Assembly: GCA_038231435.1 (NCBI GenBank)
Contig: JBBRLJ010000023.1
Span: 1-64,000 of the forward strand
Direction of reading: 5' to 3'
DNA length: 64,000 nt
From: Planctomycetota bacterium
GTDB lineage: Bacteria; Planctomycetota; UBA11346
Of the stretch, positions 30,089 through 40,358 are shown piece after piece; position 1 is the stretch's first letter, and each line of letters begins with the position of its first letter. The notes beneath the pieces are model-generated. The model saw nothing but the letters and a program-made list of their open reading frames with translations. It was not told the origin of the DNA and searched no databases. The translations under genes and the position numbers were made by a program.

Positions 30089-32566
30089 TTAATTGCCGGC
30101 GGCGGGTTGGGCGGCAGGGGCGGCGGGCTTGGCCTCACCGGAGGTGATGGCATCGAGCGGATCCTTGCCGGCGCCGGGGGCGCGCACGTCGAGGCGTTGC
30201 TGTACCAGATAGCGTGAGAGCAGGGCGTTCGCCGTTTCCGGCGCATGGCCGACGGCTTCGGCCGCGGCGGCGCGGACTCCGGCGTCCTCATTCTGAAGGG
30301 CCTTCAGGATGATGGCGACAGCGGCGTCGGTGGTCGGGTTCAGCTGGCCGATGGCGTAGAGGAACGCCGAGCGGACCTCGGGCTTGAGCTGTGCGTCCTG
30401 AGCTCCGTAGACGTCGGTCACGTGCGCCACGAGCGCACGCACGCTCTCGCCGTTCTTGCCCTGGGCCGCCAATCCGAGGGCCTTGCAGGCCTGGATGCGC
30501 AGCGCGTCGTTGCGGGCGTCGAGCGTATTCGCCAGCGCCTGGGCCGCGAGCGCGGTATCGAACTGGGTGCGGGCGGGATCCGGAACCTGCAGGGCGATCG
30601 CCGCGCGCAGCGAGATGTCCTCGGCCACTTCGCGGTTCACGTTGGGCAGTTGCGCATCCTTGAGCGCCATCTCGATCTTGCCCTTGAGATCCTCGGCGGT
30701 GAACGGCTTCTTGATGAAGCCCGCGACCTTGCCATCGAAGGCGGCCTGGATCTTGTTCGAGATCTCGGGGTCCTCGGGGAGCGAGATGAAGATCGGGGTC
30801 TTCTCTGAGCGCCAGTCCTTGTGCAGCTTGTCGAGCAGCGTGTCGAGATGCTCCTCGGGATTCAGGACGATGTTGCCCTTCGAATCCTTCACCGGCGCAT
30901 CGACGTTCTCGGGCAGCGTGGGCATGAGCTCGCCGGAGATGATGATCGCATCCTTGACCGGCGACTCCTCGAGGCGCTGCATGGCCTCGAAGCCGTCGAT
31001 CGCGGTGTAGACCATGTAGCCGTCGTTGTGCAGCTGTTCGCGAGCGGTGTTGCGCTGGCGGTAATCCTGGTCGACGACCATGACCACGCGCATGCCCCAT
31101 TCGCCGACCGCTTCGGCCAGCGTCGGAACGACCTTCTCGGCATTGAAGAACTCGAGCGACGGGTCGAGATGGGCGAGGGTGATGGCCGCCTGGTAGCGGA
31201 CCTGCTTGTCGGGATGGTCGAGCCCGGCGCATAGCACGGTGCCGGACTTGTCGGGGGTCAGCCCTTCGTCCTTGGTCGGCAGGGAGGTGTCGGCGTGGGC
31301 GATGTATTTGTCTTCGAGCACGCGCATCAGATAGGCGCCGACGTCGTAGCGCTCGGAGACCACGGCCTGCTGCACGGCGCGATACAAGTGATTGCCACCA
31401 AACAACTTGATGCGATTGCTCTGCTCCTCGAGGGCCTTGACGCGCTCCTCGATGGCGGTGACGCTCTCGTCCGGGAACTGAGCCGGGACGGTGCTTTCCT
31501 TGGCCAGGCGGAAGCGCTCGACGGCCTCGACCGCCTGGGCCGCGAGATCGGCGGCCAGCAGCGGGTGGTAGGCCGAGAATTCGGGGTAGTTGGAGATGCC
31601 GTCGAACAGCAGCTCCTCGGCCATCAGCTCGTTCCACGCGTAACGCGGCACGCGCACGAAGCTGAGCTTCTTGTCCATCTCGCCAGCGGCGTTCTCATCC
31701 CAGCGCCACATCAGGCTCTCATTGGCGATCATCTCGTCATGGACCTGGTCGTTGTCGCGGAAATAGCGCAGCGCCTCGGTAAAATACGCGGCGTCGGCAG
31801 AAGCGGGCGAGGCGATCTTGGCGGCTTTCTCGATCGCGGCGATGGCGTTCGAGATGACGCGCTTCGACGTGTCGGAGGTGTCCTTGGCGTCGAGCAGGCT
31901 CCGGAGCTTGGGCAGCGAGCGGGCATCGCCGATGTCAGCGAGCACCATCGCGGCGCTCTCGACGACGCGCTGGTCCTTGGCCTTGAGGGCCTCGTCCAGT
32001 GCGATCACCGAGCGGTAGCCCATGCGGGTGAGGACGATGCGGCAGTAGGTGCGCATCTCGTCCTGGCGGTTGTCGCTCATCCGCTGCAGCAGCCACGGGA
32101 TCGCGACCGGTCCGACGGCGATCAGCTCGAGCGTCGAGACGACGCGTTCTTCCTCGCTGGCGTTGAGCTTTTCCAGCAGGATCTTGATGTAATCGGGGCT
32201 GTGGCGCATCTCGCGCTGATAGATGCGGGCGCGGCGCAGGATGTCGCGCAGAACGTCGGCGAGTTCGTCCTTCTCTTCCATGCGCACCAGCAGGCCATCG
32301 CCCGCCGCCTGCGAGAACTGGAACAGCAGGCTGTTGTCCGGGTCGAGCTTGAGCGCGCTGTGGAATGCGGCGGCGGCCTGCTTGTAGCGGCCGGCGCGGT
32401 ATTCCTTGACGCCCTCGGCGAGCAGGTCCTTCGCTTGGTCGTTGCCCGAGAAGCGCGGATCCGGAGTGAACTCGGCGCCCATCAAGCGGCCGGACAATCC
32501 GGCGGACGAGCCCACCACCATTGAGGCGGCGAGCAGCACGGTGGCCAGCAGCTTCGGCTTCGGCAT
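30089..32566 (-). CDS. Exported TPR/HEAT-repeat protein with an embedded receiver-like domain
   Basis: Signal-like MPKPKLLATVLLAAS; TPR; HEAT repeats; VMVVDQD...DGFEAMQRL...FIKKPF receiver fold. Confidence 0.82.
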   Translation of the reverse strand: MPKPKLLATVLLAASMVVGSSAGLSGRLMGAEFTPDPRFSGNDQAKDLLAEGVKEYRAGRYKQAAAAFHSALKLDPDNSLLFQFSQAAGDGLLVRMEEKDELADVLRDILRRARIYQREMRHSPDYIKILLEKLNASEEERVVSTLELIAVGPVAIPWLLQRMSDNRQDEMRTYCRIVLTRMGYRSVIALDEALKAKDQRVVESAAMVLADIGDARSLPKLRSLLDAKDTSDTSKRVISNAIAAIEKAAKIASPASADAAYFTEALRYFRDNDQVHDEMIANESLMWRWDENAAGEMDKKLSFVRVPRYAWNELMAEELLFDGISNYPEFSAYHPLLAADLAAQAVEAVERFRLAKESTVPAQFPDESVTAIEERVKALEEQSNRIKLFGGNHLYRAVQQAVVSERYDVGAYLMRVLEDKYIAHADTSLPTKDEGLTPDKSGTVLCAGLDHPDKQVRYQAAITLAHLDPSLEFFNAEKVVPTLAEAVGEWGMRVVMVVDQDYRQRNTAREQLHNDGYMVYTAIDGFEAMQRLEESPVKDAIIISGELMPTLPENVDAPVKDSKGNIVLNPEEHLDTLLDKLHKDWRSEKTPIFISLPEDPEISNKIQAAFDGKVAGFIKKPFTAEDLKGKIEMALKDAQLPNVNREVAEDISLRAAIALQVPDPARTQFDTALAAQALANTLDARNDALRIQACKALGLAAQGKNGESVRALVAHVTDVYGAQDAQLKPEVRSAFLYAIGQLNPTTDAAVAIILKALQNEDAGVRAAAAEAVGHAPETANALLSRYLVQQRLDVRAPGAGKDPLDAITSGEAKPAAPAAQPAAGN

Positions 32567-32944
32567 CACTACCTCCAGGGGGCGGCACAGTAGTCGTCGC
32601 GGAGTCAAGACAAGTTGACTGCCGCCTTCCACCAGAACGTCCCGTATCGAGTCGGCATCATTCATGGGCCGCCGTGATGCCTCAACCGCGTAGCCTTTTG
32701 CGATGGGGCCGGTGTATGATGGACCGGAGTACACAAGTCCAGGCGTGGAAATGGGGAACGAAGATCACGCCGAGGCCGGTAACCACCATCTGGAAGGGTC
32801 TGGAGAGCCCCTTCACCCGGACGGCGGATCGAGGTTCTGACCGGGGTCTCGGCGACTTTCGCGGACGATCCGGGCCAGCATGGGCCATCCCGGATGATGG
32901 CTTTCGCGGTCAATCGCACTAAACGCTGCTATCCGCTCGGACCC

Positions 32945-33790
32945 ATGCCAGCCATCTCTCTACCCGCTCCGGCGAAGATCAATCTCGTCCTCGAGGTGCT
33001 CGGGCGCCGCGCGGACGGGTTCCATGAACTCGAGACGCTGTTCCAGACCCTCGAGCTGCACGACCTGGTCGAGGTCGCGCTCGATCCCGGCGCCGATGGC
33101 ATCGCTCTGGAATGCTCGGATCCGCGCCTTCCCGCGGGATCTGGCAATCTCGCCTGGCGCGCCGCCAGCGCGGTCGCGGCGCGCCTGCCGGGCATCGGCC
33201 GCATCGGCATCCGCCTGCGCAAGGTGCTGCCGCACGGGGCCGGGCTGGGCGGCGGATCGAGCGATGCCGCGGCGGTCCTGCGCGCGCTCGCGAAGCTCGA
33301 CGCGCGCGTCGCGCGGCTCGATCTGGCGGCGATTGCCGCGGAAATCGGCTCCGATGTGCCGTTCTTCCTCGTCGGAGGCACCGCCCACGCCACTGGGCGC
33401 GGCGAGGTCCTCACCGCCCTGCCCGATGCTCCTGCGAGCGAGGTGACGGTGTTGATGCCGGACGCGATCCTGTCGACTCCGGCGGTATTTTCCGCCCTCG
33501 ACGACGCCGAGCGCGGCCCCCGCCCGGCGCGCGGAGCGGACTGGTGGAGTCGCCGCCTCGCTGCCGAGGGTCCCACGCGGATCGCCGAGAACCGCTTGTC
33601 GGGTGCCGCGCGGCGCCTGAGCCCGCGAGTTTCCCAGCTGCTCGACCACCTGTCTGGTACGGGAATTCCCCACCTGATGACCGGTTCGGGTGCGGCCTGC
33701 GTCGCCTTCGCGGCGATCGAGCCCCCGGCGGGGGTGCGTTCGTGGCGCACGCGCTTCAGGCCGCGGGCGCGCCTGGACGCACTCTCCTGA
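32945..33790 (+). CDS. ispE: 4-diphosphocytidyl-2-C-methyl-D-erythritol kinase
   Basis: APAKINL, GFHELET, GAGLGGGSSDAA, GSDVPFF, MTGSG. Confidence 0.95.
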   Translation: MPAISLPAPAKINLVLEVLGRRADGFHELETLFQTLELHDLVEVALDPGADGIALECSDPRLPAGSGNLAWRAASAVAARLPGIGRIGIRLRKVLPHGAGLGGGSSDAAAVLRALAKLDARVARLDLAAIAAEIGSDVPFFLVGGTAHATGRGEVLTALPDAPASEVTVLMPDAILSTPAVFSALDDAERGPRPARGADWWSRRLAAEGPTRIAENRLSGAARRLSPRVSQLLDHLSGTGIPHLMTGSGAACVAFAAIEPPAGVRSWRTRFRPRARLDALS

Positions 33791-34041
33791 TGCAGAGCGT
33801 CCGGTGAGGAGCGGATGCCGAGCCTGTGGCGGATGGGTGTGCGCGGCGGGTATGGGCCGAATGGTTCGCTCGCCGCTCGCCGCTCTCCTCTCGCTGCAAG
33901 CCTTCTGCCCTTAGCCCCCATAGGAGCCCCCAGATGAACAGTAATTTGACATCGGCTCATCCCAGCGTGTGATACCGGGCCTCATTCCCGTACCGTCCCG
34001 CTTCTTAAACACGCGGACAGAGCCAGCGCCGAGGATCGATA

Positions 34042-35067
34042 ATGGTCAAAGAGAAAGCCAGCCAGGAAGAGATCTACCGCGTCATGCGGTCGGACATCGA
34101 AGCCGGGGGCTATCCTGCCTCCAGCCGGCTGCCATCCGTCCGCACTCTGGCCAAGCGCTTCTCGGCGAGCCCGAACACCATCTCCAAGGTGGTGAGCCGC
34201 CTGATGGAATCGGGCCTGTGCACCGCGCGCCGCGGCGTCGGCCTGTTCGTGCGCAGCCTGCCCAACCGCAAGTTGACGCTGCTCGTCGGCACCACCTCCG
34301 ACCAGCCGAAGGACGACTTCTACGGACATGTCGAGAAGCGCATCGCCGAGCGCTGCCAGGCGGACGGCATCGAGATCGAGCGCTACCACATCACCCCTGG
34401 CGATCCGGCCTACGGCCCCGACGTCGATCGCATCCGCCGCCCGGGCAGAGTGATCCTCTGCATCGGCCTCGCCCACGAGCCGCATCTGAAGCAGCTTGCC
34501 GATCTGCGCCGCCCGATGCTGGTGGTCGGCTGCGCGCCGAGCCGCTGCAACGCTTCCTCGATCGTGCCCAACAGCTTCCGCTCCGGCTACCTCGCCGCGC
34601 GGCACCTGATCCGCAAGGGCTGCCGCCGCATCGCCTTCATCGGCCGCGTGCGCGAAGTCCGCGGTGTGACCCTGCCCGAGGCCGAGAGCCTCAAGGAATT
34701 CGCGGGCATGCAGTGCGCCTTCATGGAGGACACGCTGCCGCTGCATTCGGAGCTGGTGTTCAACGACATCGCCCAGGTCGCCGCGCGCGCTGCGACGCTC
34801 AAAGAGATGCCCGACGCGGTGATCATGCCCGACATCGACGGCATCGAAGCGATCCAGACGATGAAGGCCCTCGGCAGCAAGCTCGAGCGCGTGGTGCTTG
34901 GCGACGACCGCATCCTCGAGCGCCCCAAGCGCCCCGCCGCGGTCGTGGTCAAGCGCGAGGACGTGGTCGAGCTCGCTCTCATGGAACTCCACCGCCTGCT
35001 CGACGAGCAGAGCAAGTCCCATCGCGCGATGAGCGTCGATGGTGAGCTGCACGACGCCGTCGGCTGA
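34042..35067 (+). CDS. GntR-family regulator with LacI-type ligand-binding domain
   Basis: RLPSVRTLAKRF...RRGVGLFV winged HTH; periplasmic-binding-protein-like C-terminus. Confidence 0.88.
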   Translation: MVKEKASQEEIYRVMRSDIEAGGYPASSRLPSVRTLAKRFSASPNTISKVVSRLMESGLCTARRGVGLFVRSLPNRKLTLLVGTTSDQPKDDFYGHVEKRIAERCQADGIEIERYHITPGDPAYGPDVDRIRRPGRVILCIGLAHEPHLKQLADLRRPMLVVGCAPSRCNASSIVPNSFRSGYLAARHLIRKGCRRIAFIGRVREVRGVTLPEAESLKEFAGMQCAFMEDTLPLHSELVFNDIAQVAARAATLKEMPDAVIMPDIDGIEAIQTMKALGSKLERVVLGDDRILERPKRPAAVVVKREDVVELALMELHRLLDEQSKSHRAMSVDGELHDAVG

Positions 35068-35092
35068 GCCCGAGGGCCGAACGGCTCACGGC

Positions 35093-35347
35093 ATGAGCCG
35101 TTCGCTGCTCATCGTCGTCTCGATCTGCATGGTGCTCTCCTCGTACGTCGGGGGCTACGCCTGGTGGCGAGTCCGTGATCCGAGGTATCCGGGCATCTAC
35201 CACGGCGGGGTGTTGCGCTTCCAGAAACCCGCGACGGCGATGAACCGCTTCTGCTTCACCTTGTTCGCTCCACTGCGTTGGCTGGATGAGCGCTATCAGC
35301 ATCGGCGCGTCCAATTGTACGATCCGAACCGGTATCCGGGACTGTGA
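35093..35347 (+). CDS. Small hypothetical membrane protein
   Basis: N-terminal TM ending SYVGGY, later LFAPLRWLD. Confidence 0.6.
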   Translation: MSRSLLIVVSICMVLSSYVGGYAWWRVRDPRYPGIYHGGVLRFQKPATAMNRFCFTLFAPLRWLDERYQHRRVQLYDPNRYPGL

Positions 35348-35549
35348 TCAGTGCAACGCGGGTGATGGAAAGAGAGCTGCGCGTCGAGGCGTGTCATCTC
35401 TCGTCTGATTCACGAAACCGAAGAACGCCCACCAAGACGTGTCCTCTATCGAGCTTCTCAGATTCTCCCTCGTCCCTCGAATCCCGATTCGACATGAAGG
35501 GAAACAAGCTCGAAGCTCGGAAACGAGAAGCCGCCGGCCCCGCGCGGAA

Positions 35550-36959
35550 TCAGATGTCCCGCAGCGCCCGCTCCGCCTCGCCGAATTCCTTCGGCAACTG
35601 CGAGTCGATCTCGAGCGCCGGCCCGCCCGCAGGATGCGGCAACAGCACCTTCGACGCATGCAGCAGATGCCTCGGCACATGGATGGGATCCGCGCGGTCG
35701 CCGTAGAGGCGATCGCCGTAGAGCGGATGGCCCATCTCGCTGAAATGGATGCGGATCTGGTGGTATCGGCCGGTCTGCGGCTCGACGCGCACGCGGCTGC
35801 CGTAGGTGCCGAGGCGTTCCTCGACCGTCCAGGTGGTGATCGCCTCGCGCGCGTCCTGGCCGCGGCCGCTGCGCCAGCGCTCATAACCCACGCCGCTGTC
35901 GACCTTGACCAGGTAGCTCTTGCGGGTGCCGCTCTCGCGCGGATGGCCGCGCACGATGGCGTGGTAGGTCTTCTTCACCGCGTGGTCCTTGAACATCTCT
36001 TCGAGCCGGCGCGCGATCTTGGCCTCGCGCGCGAACAGCACGATACCCGAGGTGTCGGCGTCGAGGCGGTGCACGGGGATGATGTCCTCGCCGACCTCGA
36101 GCTTGAGGATGTCGAGCAAGCTCCAGCTCTTCGGGCCTTCGGTCGGCGTCACCGGCAGCCATGCCGGCTTGTCATAGGCGAGGACGCCGCCGCCGTCGTG
36201 CAGCACGCGGTCGCCATCGAAATGGTGCTCGTGGCTCTCGGGCAGGAAGAATTCGACGATGTCGCCGACTTCGAGTTCGCGGCTGCCGAAGGTCTCGATG
36301 CGGCCGTTGAGGCGGCAGCAGCCGAGCTCGAGGTGGCGCCGCGCGGCGCGTCCCGAGAGGTGCTTGTGCATGTGCACCAGAAAAGCCGCGAGCTTCATTC
36401 CCGATTCGGCGCGGATGATGCGCGCGTTGGGGCCCGGACGCCACACGGCGCCGCGATCGGGACGCGCCGGGCGTCCGCGATGGCGGGCATCGCCGTCGAT
36501 GCCGGCGTCCGCGTGACGCGCGTCTCCACGCGGGCCTTTGCCCGACGCGCGATCCGGACGCTGGCGGATGTCGGGGCGGGGACGACCACCAGTATCGCGG
36601 CGATCGCCTCGTGGGGTGCCACGCGCGTCGCTTCGCGATCCCCGGTCTCCACCGGTCGATCCGCGCCGTTCGTCGGGCCGTCGGCGGTCCTCAGGCCGCT
36701 GCCGTTGGGCGCGAGCGCCGCCTTCAGGGCGCGGCTTTCCTGGACGCGCGCCGTCGGCGCCGCGGCGCGGAGTTCCTCCGCTACGGGTGCGCGGGACATC
36801 GGATCCGCGCTCGGGACGCTCGTCCGAGGATCCGCGCTGATCGCGTGAGCCGCTGCGGTCTCCGCGTGGCGAGCGCTCGCCGTGGCCGTCGCGGCGCTTG
36901 CGGCGGTCGTCATCGGAGTGGTCGGAACGGCCGCGCATGCGGCTGGGGGGTCGGGCCAT
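35550..36959 (-). CDS. RluA-family pseudouridine synthase with long charged N-terminal extension
   Basis: S4-like segment, DKP, VHRLDADTSG, TGRYHQIRIH, GHPLYGD. Confidence 0.9.
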   Translation of the reverse strand: MARPPSRMRGRSDHSDDDRRKRRDGHGERSPRGDRSGSRDQRGSSDERPERGSDVPRTRSGGTPRRGADGARPGKPRPEGGARAQRQRPEDRRRPDERRGSTGGDRGSRSDARGTPRGDRRDTGGRPRPDIRQRPDRASGKGPRGDARHADAGIDGDARHRGRPARPDRGAVWRPGPNARIIRAESGMKLAAFLVHMHKHLSGRAARRHLELGCCRLNGRIETFGSRELEVGDIVEFFLPESHEHHFDGDRVLHDGGGVLAYDKPAWLPVTPTEGPKSWSLLDILKLEVGEDIIPVHRLDADTSGIVLFAREAKIARRLEEMFKDHAVKKTYHAIVRGHPRESGTRKSYLVKVDSGVGYERWRSGRGQDAREAITTWTVEERLGTYGSRVRVEPQTGRYHQIRIHFSEMGHPLYGDRLYGDRADPIHVPRHLLHASKVLLPHPAGGPALEIDSQLPKEFGEAERALRDI

Positions 36960-36961
36960 GA

Positions 36962-37900
36962 TCAGTCGCCGAGGTGCTGGAGGAATTCGTCGAGCGGCAC
37001 ATCGCGCGCGTCCGAGGGTGGCTCGAGGCGCATGCGCTCGTCGCTGATCGCCGGGAGGCCGTCGAAGCGGCCGATGGTGAAGATGATCTCGCTGAGGTCG
37101 CCGGCCACGGCGACGCGCGCCTGGGTGGGCCGCCGCTGCTCGTCGAACTGCTTGTAGCGCGAGTAGGTGATCGACACGACCTGCTTGCCATCGGCTTGGA
37201 GCAGACGCTTGGCGTCCACCACGCGCTCGCTCGCATCGATGTCGAGCTCGGCGACCAGACCGCCGCCCGCCGGGCAGGTGATGGTGTCCTTCTTCGCGCC
37301 TGCGTGGAACGGGCCCATCAGGGGCAGCGGTCCGGCGGTGAGCTCGCTGGCGATCATGGTCAGCTGCAGCAGCAACTGGGTTTCCGCCGCGGTCGGAGCC
37401 TGGTCTTTGCGTTCTTTCGTCTGAACGGACGGCTGTACGGACGGCTGCTGATCCGCGCGTGGAGTCGTGTCGCCTCCGTGGATCCCTCCACGGAGATTGC
37501 CGTGCGCGCTGAGCTTCGCGCGCGGCAGCCAGGCCGTGTAGGTGCCGTCGGCGGCCACCAGCGCCGAGCAGAACTCGACGTCGACCTTGGTGGCGTTCAC
37601 GCGCACGCGGCCGTCGGGGGCGCACCACAGGTAGAGCTGGAAGGTCTGGGCGTCCTGGTCTGGCTGCTTGATGCGGATGTTGGCGCGCGCCGCGGCGGCG
37701 GGAGTCTGGCCGAGCCGCTGCGCCACGCCGATCGCGGTGGCGGTAGCTTCGGCGTTCCGGTCGACCCCCGCCGCGTCCTCGGCACGCGGGACGTCGTCGC
37801 GCTTGGCCGGACGCACGTCGCCGCAGCCGATGGACGACATGGCGGAGGCCAGGCCGGCGATCGCCAGTCCCGCGGTGATCGCGCCGCGCACGACGCGCAT
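36962..37900 (-). CDS. Hypothetical lipoprotein (possible LolA/LolB-like fold)
   Basis: SIGC lipobox; beta-rich; start overlaps the rimO stop. Confidence 0.65.
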   Translation of the reverse strand: MRVVRGAITAGLAIAGLASAMSSIGCGDVRPAKRDDVPRAEDAAGVDRNAEATATAIGVAQRLGQTPAAAARANIRIKQPDQDAQTFQLYLWCAPDGRVRVNATKVDVEFCSALVAADGTYTAWLPRAKLSAHGNLRGGIHGGDTTPRADQQPSVQPSVQTKERKDQAPTAAETQLLLQLTMIASELTAGPLPLMGPFHAGAKKDTITCPAGGGLVAELDIDASERVVDAKRLLQADGKQVVSITYSRYKQFDEQRRPTQARVAVAGDLSEIIFTIGRFDGLPAISDERMRLEPPSDARDVPLDEFLQHLGD

Positions 37901-39195
37901 CACGCCACCGCTTCCGCGACCAGGTCGTAGCCGCGCACGCCGGTGACTCGCGCGGTGGTCCATTCGCCGATCATTGCGGACTCGGCGTGGAGGATGGTCG
38001 CCCCATCGACCTCGGAGGCCTGGCCGTAGTGGCGGGTGGCATAGACGCCGAAATCCCGCTGCGCATCGACCAGCACGCGCAGCTCGCGACCCTTCCAGCG
38101 GGCGAGGCGGGCGCGGTGGAGGCGCTTCTGCTGAGTCATGAACGCATGGTGGCGGCGCTGGATGATCTCGGCGTCGACCTTGTGCTTCATCTTCTCGGCG
38201 GTGGTGCCGTCCTCGTCGCTGTAGGTGAAGCAGCCGACCGAATCGAAGCGCTGCTCACGCGCGAATTCCATCAGCTGTTCGAAGTCCTCGTCGCGCTCGC
38301 CCGGGAAACCGACGATGAAGGTGGTGCGCAGCACCACCTCGGGCATCGCCTGGCGGATACGGTCGAGGCGTTCGGTGATGCGCGCGCGGTCGGTGCGCCG
38401 CCCCATCGCCGCGAGGGTGCGGTCGGAGGCGTGCTGGATCGGCATGTCGACGTACTTGACGATGTTCTCGGTCTCGGCCATCGCGGCGATCAACTCGTCG
38501 CTGAAGTCGTTCGGGTAGCAGTAATGCAGGCGCACCCAGGCGCGGGGGGCGGCCGCGGCAATCGCCCGGACCAGCTCGGGCAGGCGCCGGCTCCCGTACA
38601 AGTCCTGCCCGTAATAATCGAGGTGCTGCGAGATCAGATTGATCTCCTTGACCCCGCGTTCGGAGAGGGTGCGCGCCTGGGCGACCAGATCGGCGAACGG
38701 CCGCGAGCGGTGCTTGCCGCGGAAGAGCGGGATGGCGCAGAAGTTGCAGGTGTTGTCGCAGCCTTCGGCGATCTTCAGGAAGGCGAAGTGCGGGGGGGTG
38801 AGCTGGCTGCGCTGGTCATGGGTCAGCCGATGCTCGGGAATGTCCGGGAAATGGCTGCGGACCACCGCGGGGAAGCGGTCGTAGTCCTTGAAAACCACCC
38901 ACTGGTCGACCTCGGGCATGTCCCGCTCGAGCTCGCAGCGGTAGCGTTCCGTGAGACAGCCGGCCACGAACAGCTTGGCCCCCGGCTTGCGCCCGGCGGC
39001 GGCCTCGAGGATGTGCCCGATGGACTCCTGCTTGGCACCCTCGATGAACGAGCAGGTGTTGACCAGCACCAGGTCCGCCTGGTCGAGGCGGTCAGTCAGA
39101 GCGAAGTCGACCGAGCGCAGGGCCGTCACCAGGTCTTCGCTGTCGGCCAGGTTCTTGGAGCAGCCGAGGCTGATGAGCGCTGCGTGGCGTGGCAT
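37900..39195 (-). CDS. rimO: Ribosomal protein S12 methylthiotransferase
   Basis: SLGCSKN, NTCSFI, KIAEGCDNTCNFCAIP radical SAM motif, RTTFIVGFPGE, TRAM C-terminus. Confidence 0.95.
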   Translation of the reverse strand: MPRHAALISLGCSKNLADSEDLVTALRSVDFALTDRLDQADLVLVNTCSFIEGAKQESIGHILEAAAGRKPGAKLFVAGCLTERYRCELERDMPEVDQWVVFKDYDRFPAVVRSHFPDIPEHRLTHDQRSQLTPPHFAFLKIAEGCDNTCNFCAIPLFRGKHRSRPFADLVAQARTLSERGVKEINLISQHLDYYGQDLYGSRRLPELVRAIAAAAPRAWVRLHYCYPNDFSDELIAAMAETENIVKYVDMPIQHASDRTLAAMGRRTDRARITERLDRIRQAMPEVVLRTTFIVGFPGERDEDFEQLMEFAREQRFDSVGCFTYSDEDGTTAEKMKHKVDAEIIQRRHHAFMTQQKRLHRARLARWKGRELRVLVDAQRDFGVYATRHYGQASEVDGATILHAESAMIGEWTTARVTGVRGYDLVAEAVA

Positions 39196-39444
39196 GAGCC
39201 CGTTACTGTCGCACTTTCTCGCAGATGTCCATCATTTGATGGCGCAAAACCCGCGCAAAGCCCCCACGCCCCTGCCCACATCCACGGGCTTGCCACTCGC
39301 GAGCTCCGGTCTCCAGGCCTCGAGCTCCACGCTTCGAGTTTCCCCGCTTCCGTCTCAATCCGCTTCCTTCATCCCATCTGCTGCACCATCAGACACCTTG
39401 ACTGTTGCGTGCTGCCGCTTCGACTGCGGTCGCTGGAGCACGGT

Positions 39445-39945
39445 TTGTCCAAGAAGGATGTTCCAGGTCTGACACTGCGCATGGCGACCCCAGAGGACGC
39501 CGCGGTGCTCAACGACATGATCGGCGCTTTCGCCGCATACGAGCGGCTACCGAACCAGTCGACGGCCGAGGCGCTGCGCGCCGAGTTCGCGCGCCCTGAT
39601 CGGGTGGTCGAGGCGGTCCTGGCCTTCCTCGATGGGGTCCCCAGCGGCTTCGCGGTCTTCTTCCAGACCTACTCGACCTTCATCGCCAAGCGCGGCATCT
39701 ATCTCGAGGACATCTACGTGAAGGAGGAGTACCGCAATCGCGGCATCGCCACCTCGCTGCTGCGCTTCATCGCCCGCACCGCCATCGAACGCCAATACGG
39801 CCGCGTCGAGTTCACCGTGCTCCTGTGGAACACCATCGCGATCGAGTTCTTCGAGACGCTCGGCGCTACCCCCACCAGCGCTTGGACGACCTACCGCCTC
39901 AGCGGCGAGTGGCTGCAGAAACTGGCGAGCGAATCATCGCAATGA
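39445..39945 (+). CDS. GNAT N-acetyltransferase (SSAT-like)
   Basis: YSTF...IYLEDIYV...RNRGIA...VLLWN..AIEFF; TTG start after GGAG. Confidence 0.88.
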   Translation: MSKKDVPGLTLRMATPEDAAVLNDMIGAFAAYERLPNQSTAEALRAEFARPDRVVEAVLAFLDGVPSGFAVFFQTYSTFIAKRGIYLEDIYVKEEYRNRGIATSLLRFIARTAIERQYGRVEFTVLLWNTIAIEFFETLGATPTSAWTTYRLSGEWLQKLASESSQ

Positions 39946-39955
39946 CTGTTTGTTG

Positions 39956-40088
39956 AGGGGCTCCGCCCCTACGGCCCTGTCGGGCCTACCCCACGGGCTT
40001 TGTCGGGGCTCGATGTCTTCGCTGCGCTGCGACATCGTGGGCGGATGGGCTACGCCCATTCTATCCGCCCACCGCCCCTCGGCGCCCG
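39956..40088 (+). repeat. Structured repeat family A, tandem copy 1
   Basis: Direct sequence match to the other copies. Confidence 0.92.
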
Positions 40089-40100
40089 CGCTTGTATTTT

Positions 40101-40278
40101 CAGGGGCTTCGCCCCTACGGCCCGGTGTCCCCCTTCGGGGAGGCTTCGCGCGGCCTACCCCACGGGCTTTGTCGGGGCACGATGTCTTCGCTACGCTGCG
40201 ACATCGTGGGCGGATGGGCTACGCCCATTCTATCCGCCCACCGCCCCTCGGCGCCCGCCCCATCGCTACGATGGGGCC
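40101..40278 (+). repeat. Structured repeat family A, tandem copy 2
   Basis: Core nearly identical to 39988-40088; tail hairpin GCCCCATCG..CGATGGGGC shared with 158-180. Confidence 0.92.
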
Positions 40279-40358
40279 CTTTTTGGCTGCTTGTCGCATT
40301 GAGGGCGTCGCTGGCGGGGGCCTGAGCCCGCGGCCTCGCGGTATCCACGGCTTGGCGA

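Noticed and set aside
33946..33975. TTGACA upstream of the GntR gene as a promoter
   Set aside because: No convincing -10 element at normal spacing.
35348..35549. AT-richer spacer as a pseudogene remnant
   Set aside because: No frame gives a recognisable protein; only weak periodicity.
37987..39444. Long N-terminal extension of the GNAT ORF (652 aa in the track)
   Set aside because: It is antisense to rimO; an RBS-supported TTG start at 39445 gives a normal-size GNAT.
39956..40278. Tandem repeat considered as a CRISPR array
   Set aside because: Units exceed 100 nt, there are no unique spacers of regular length, and there are no cas genes.
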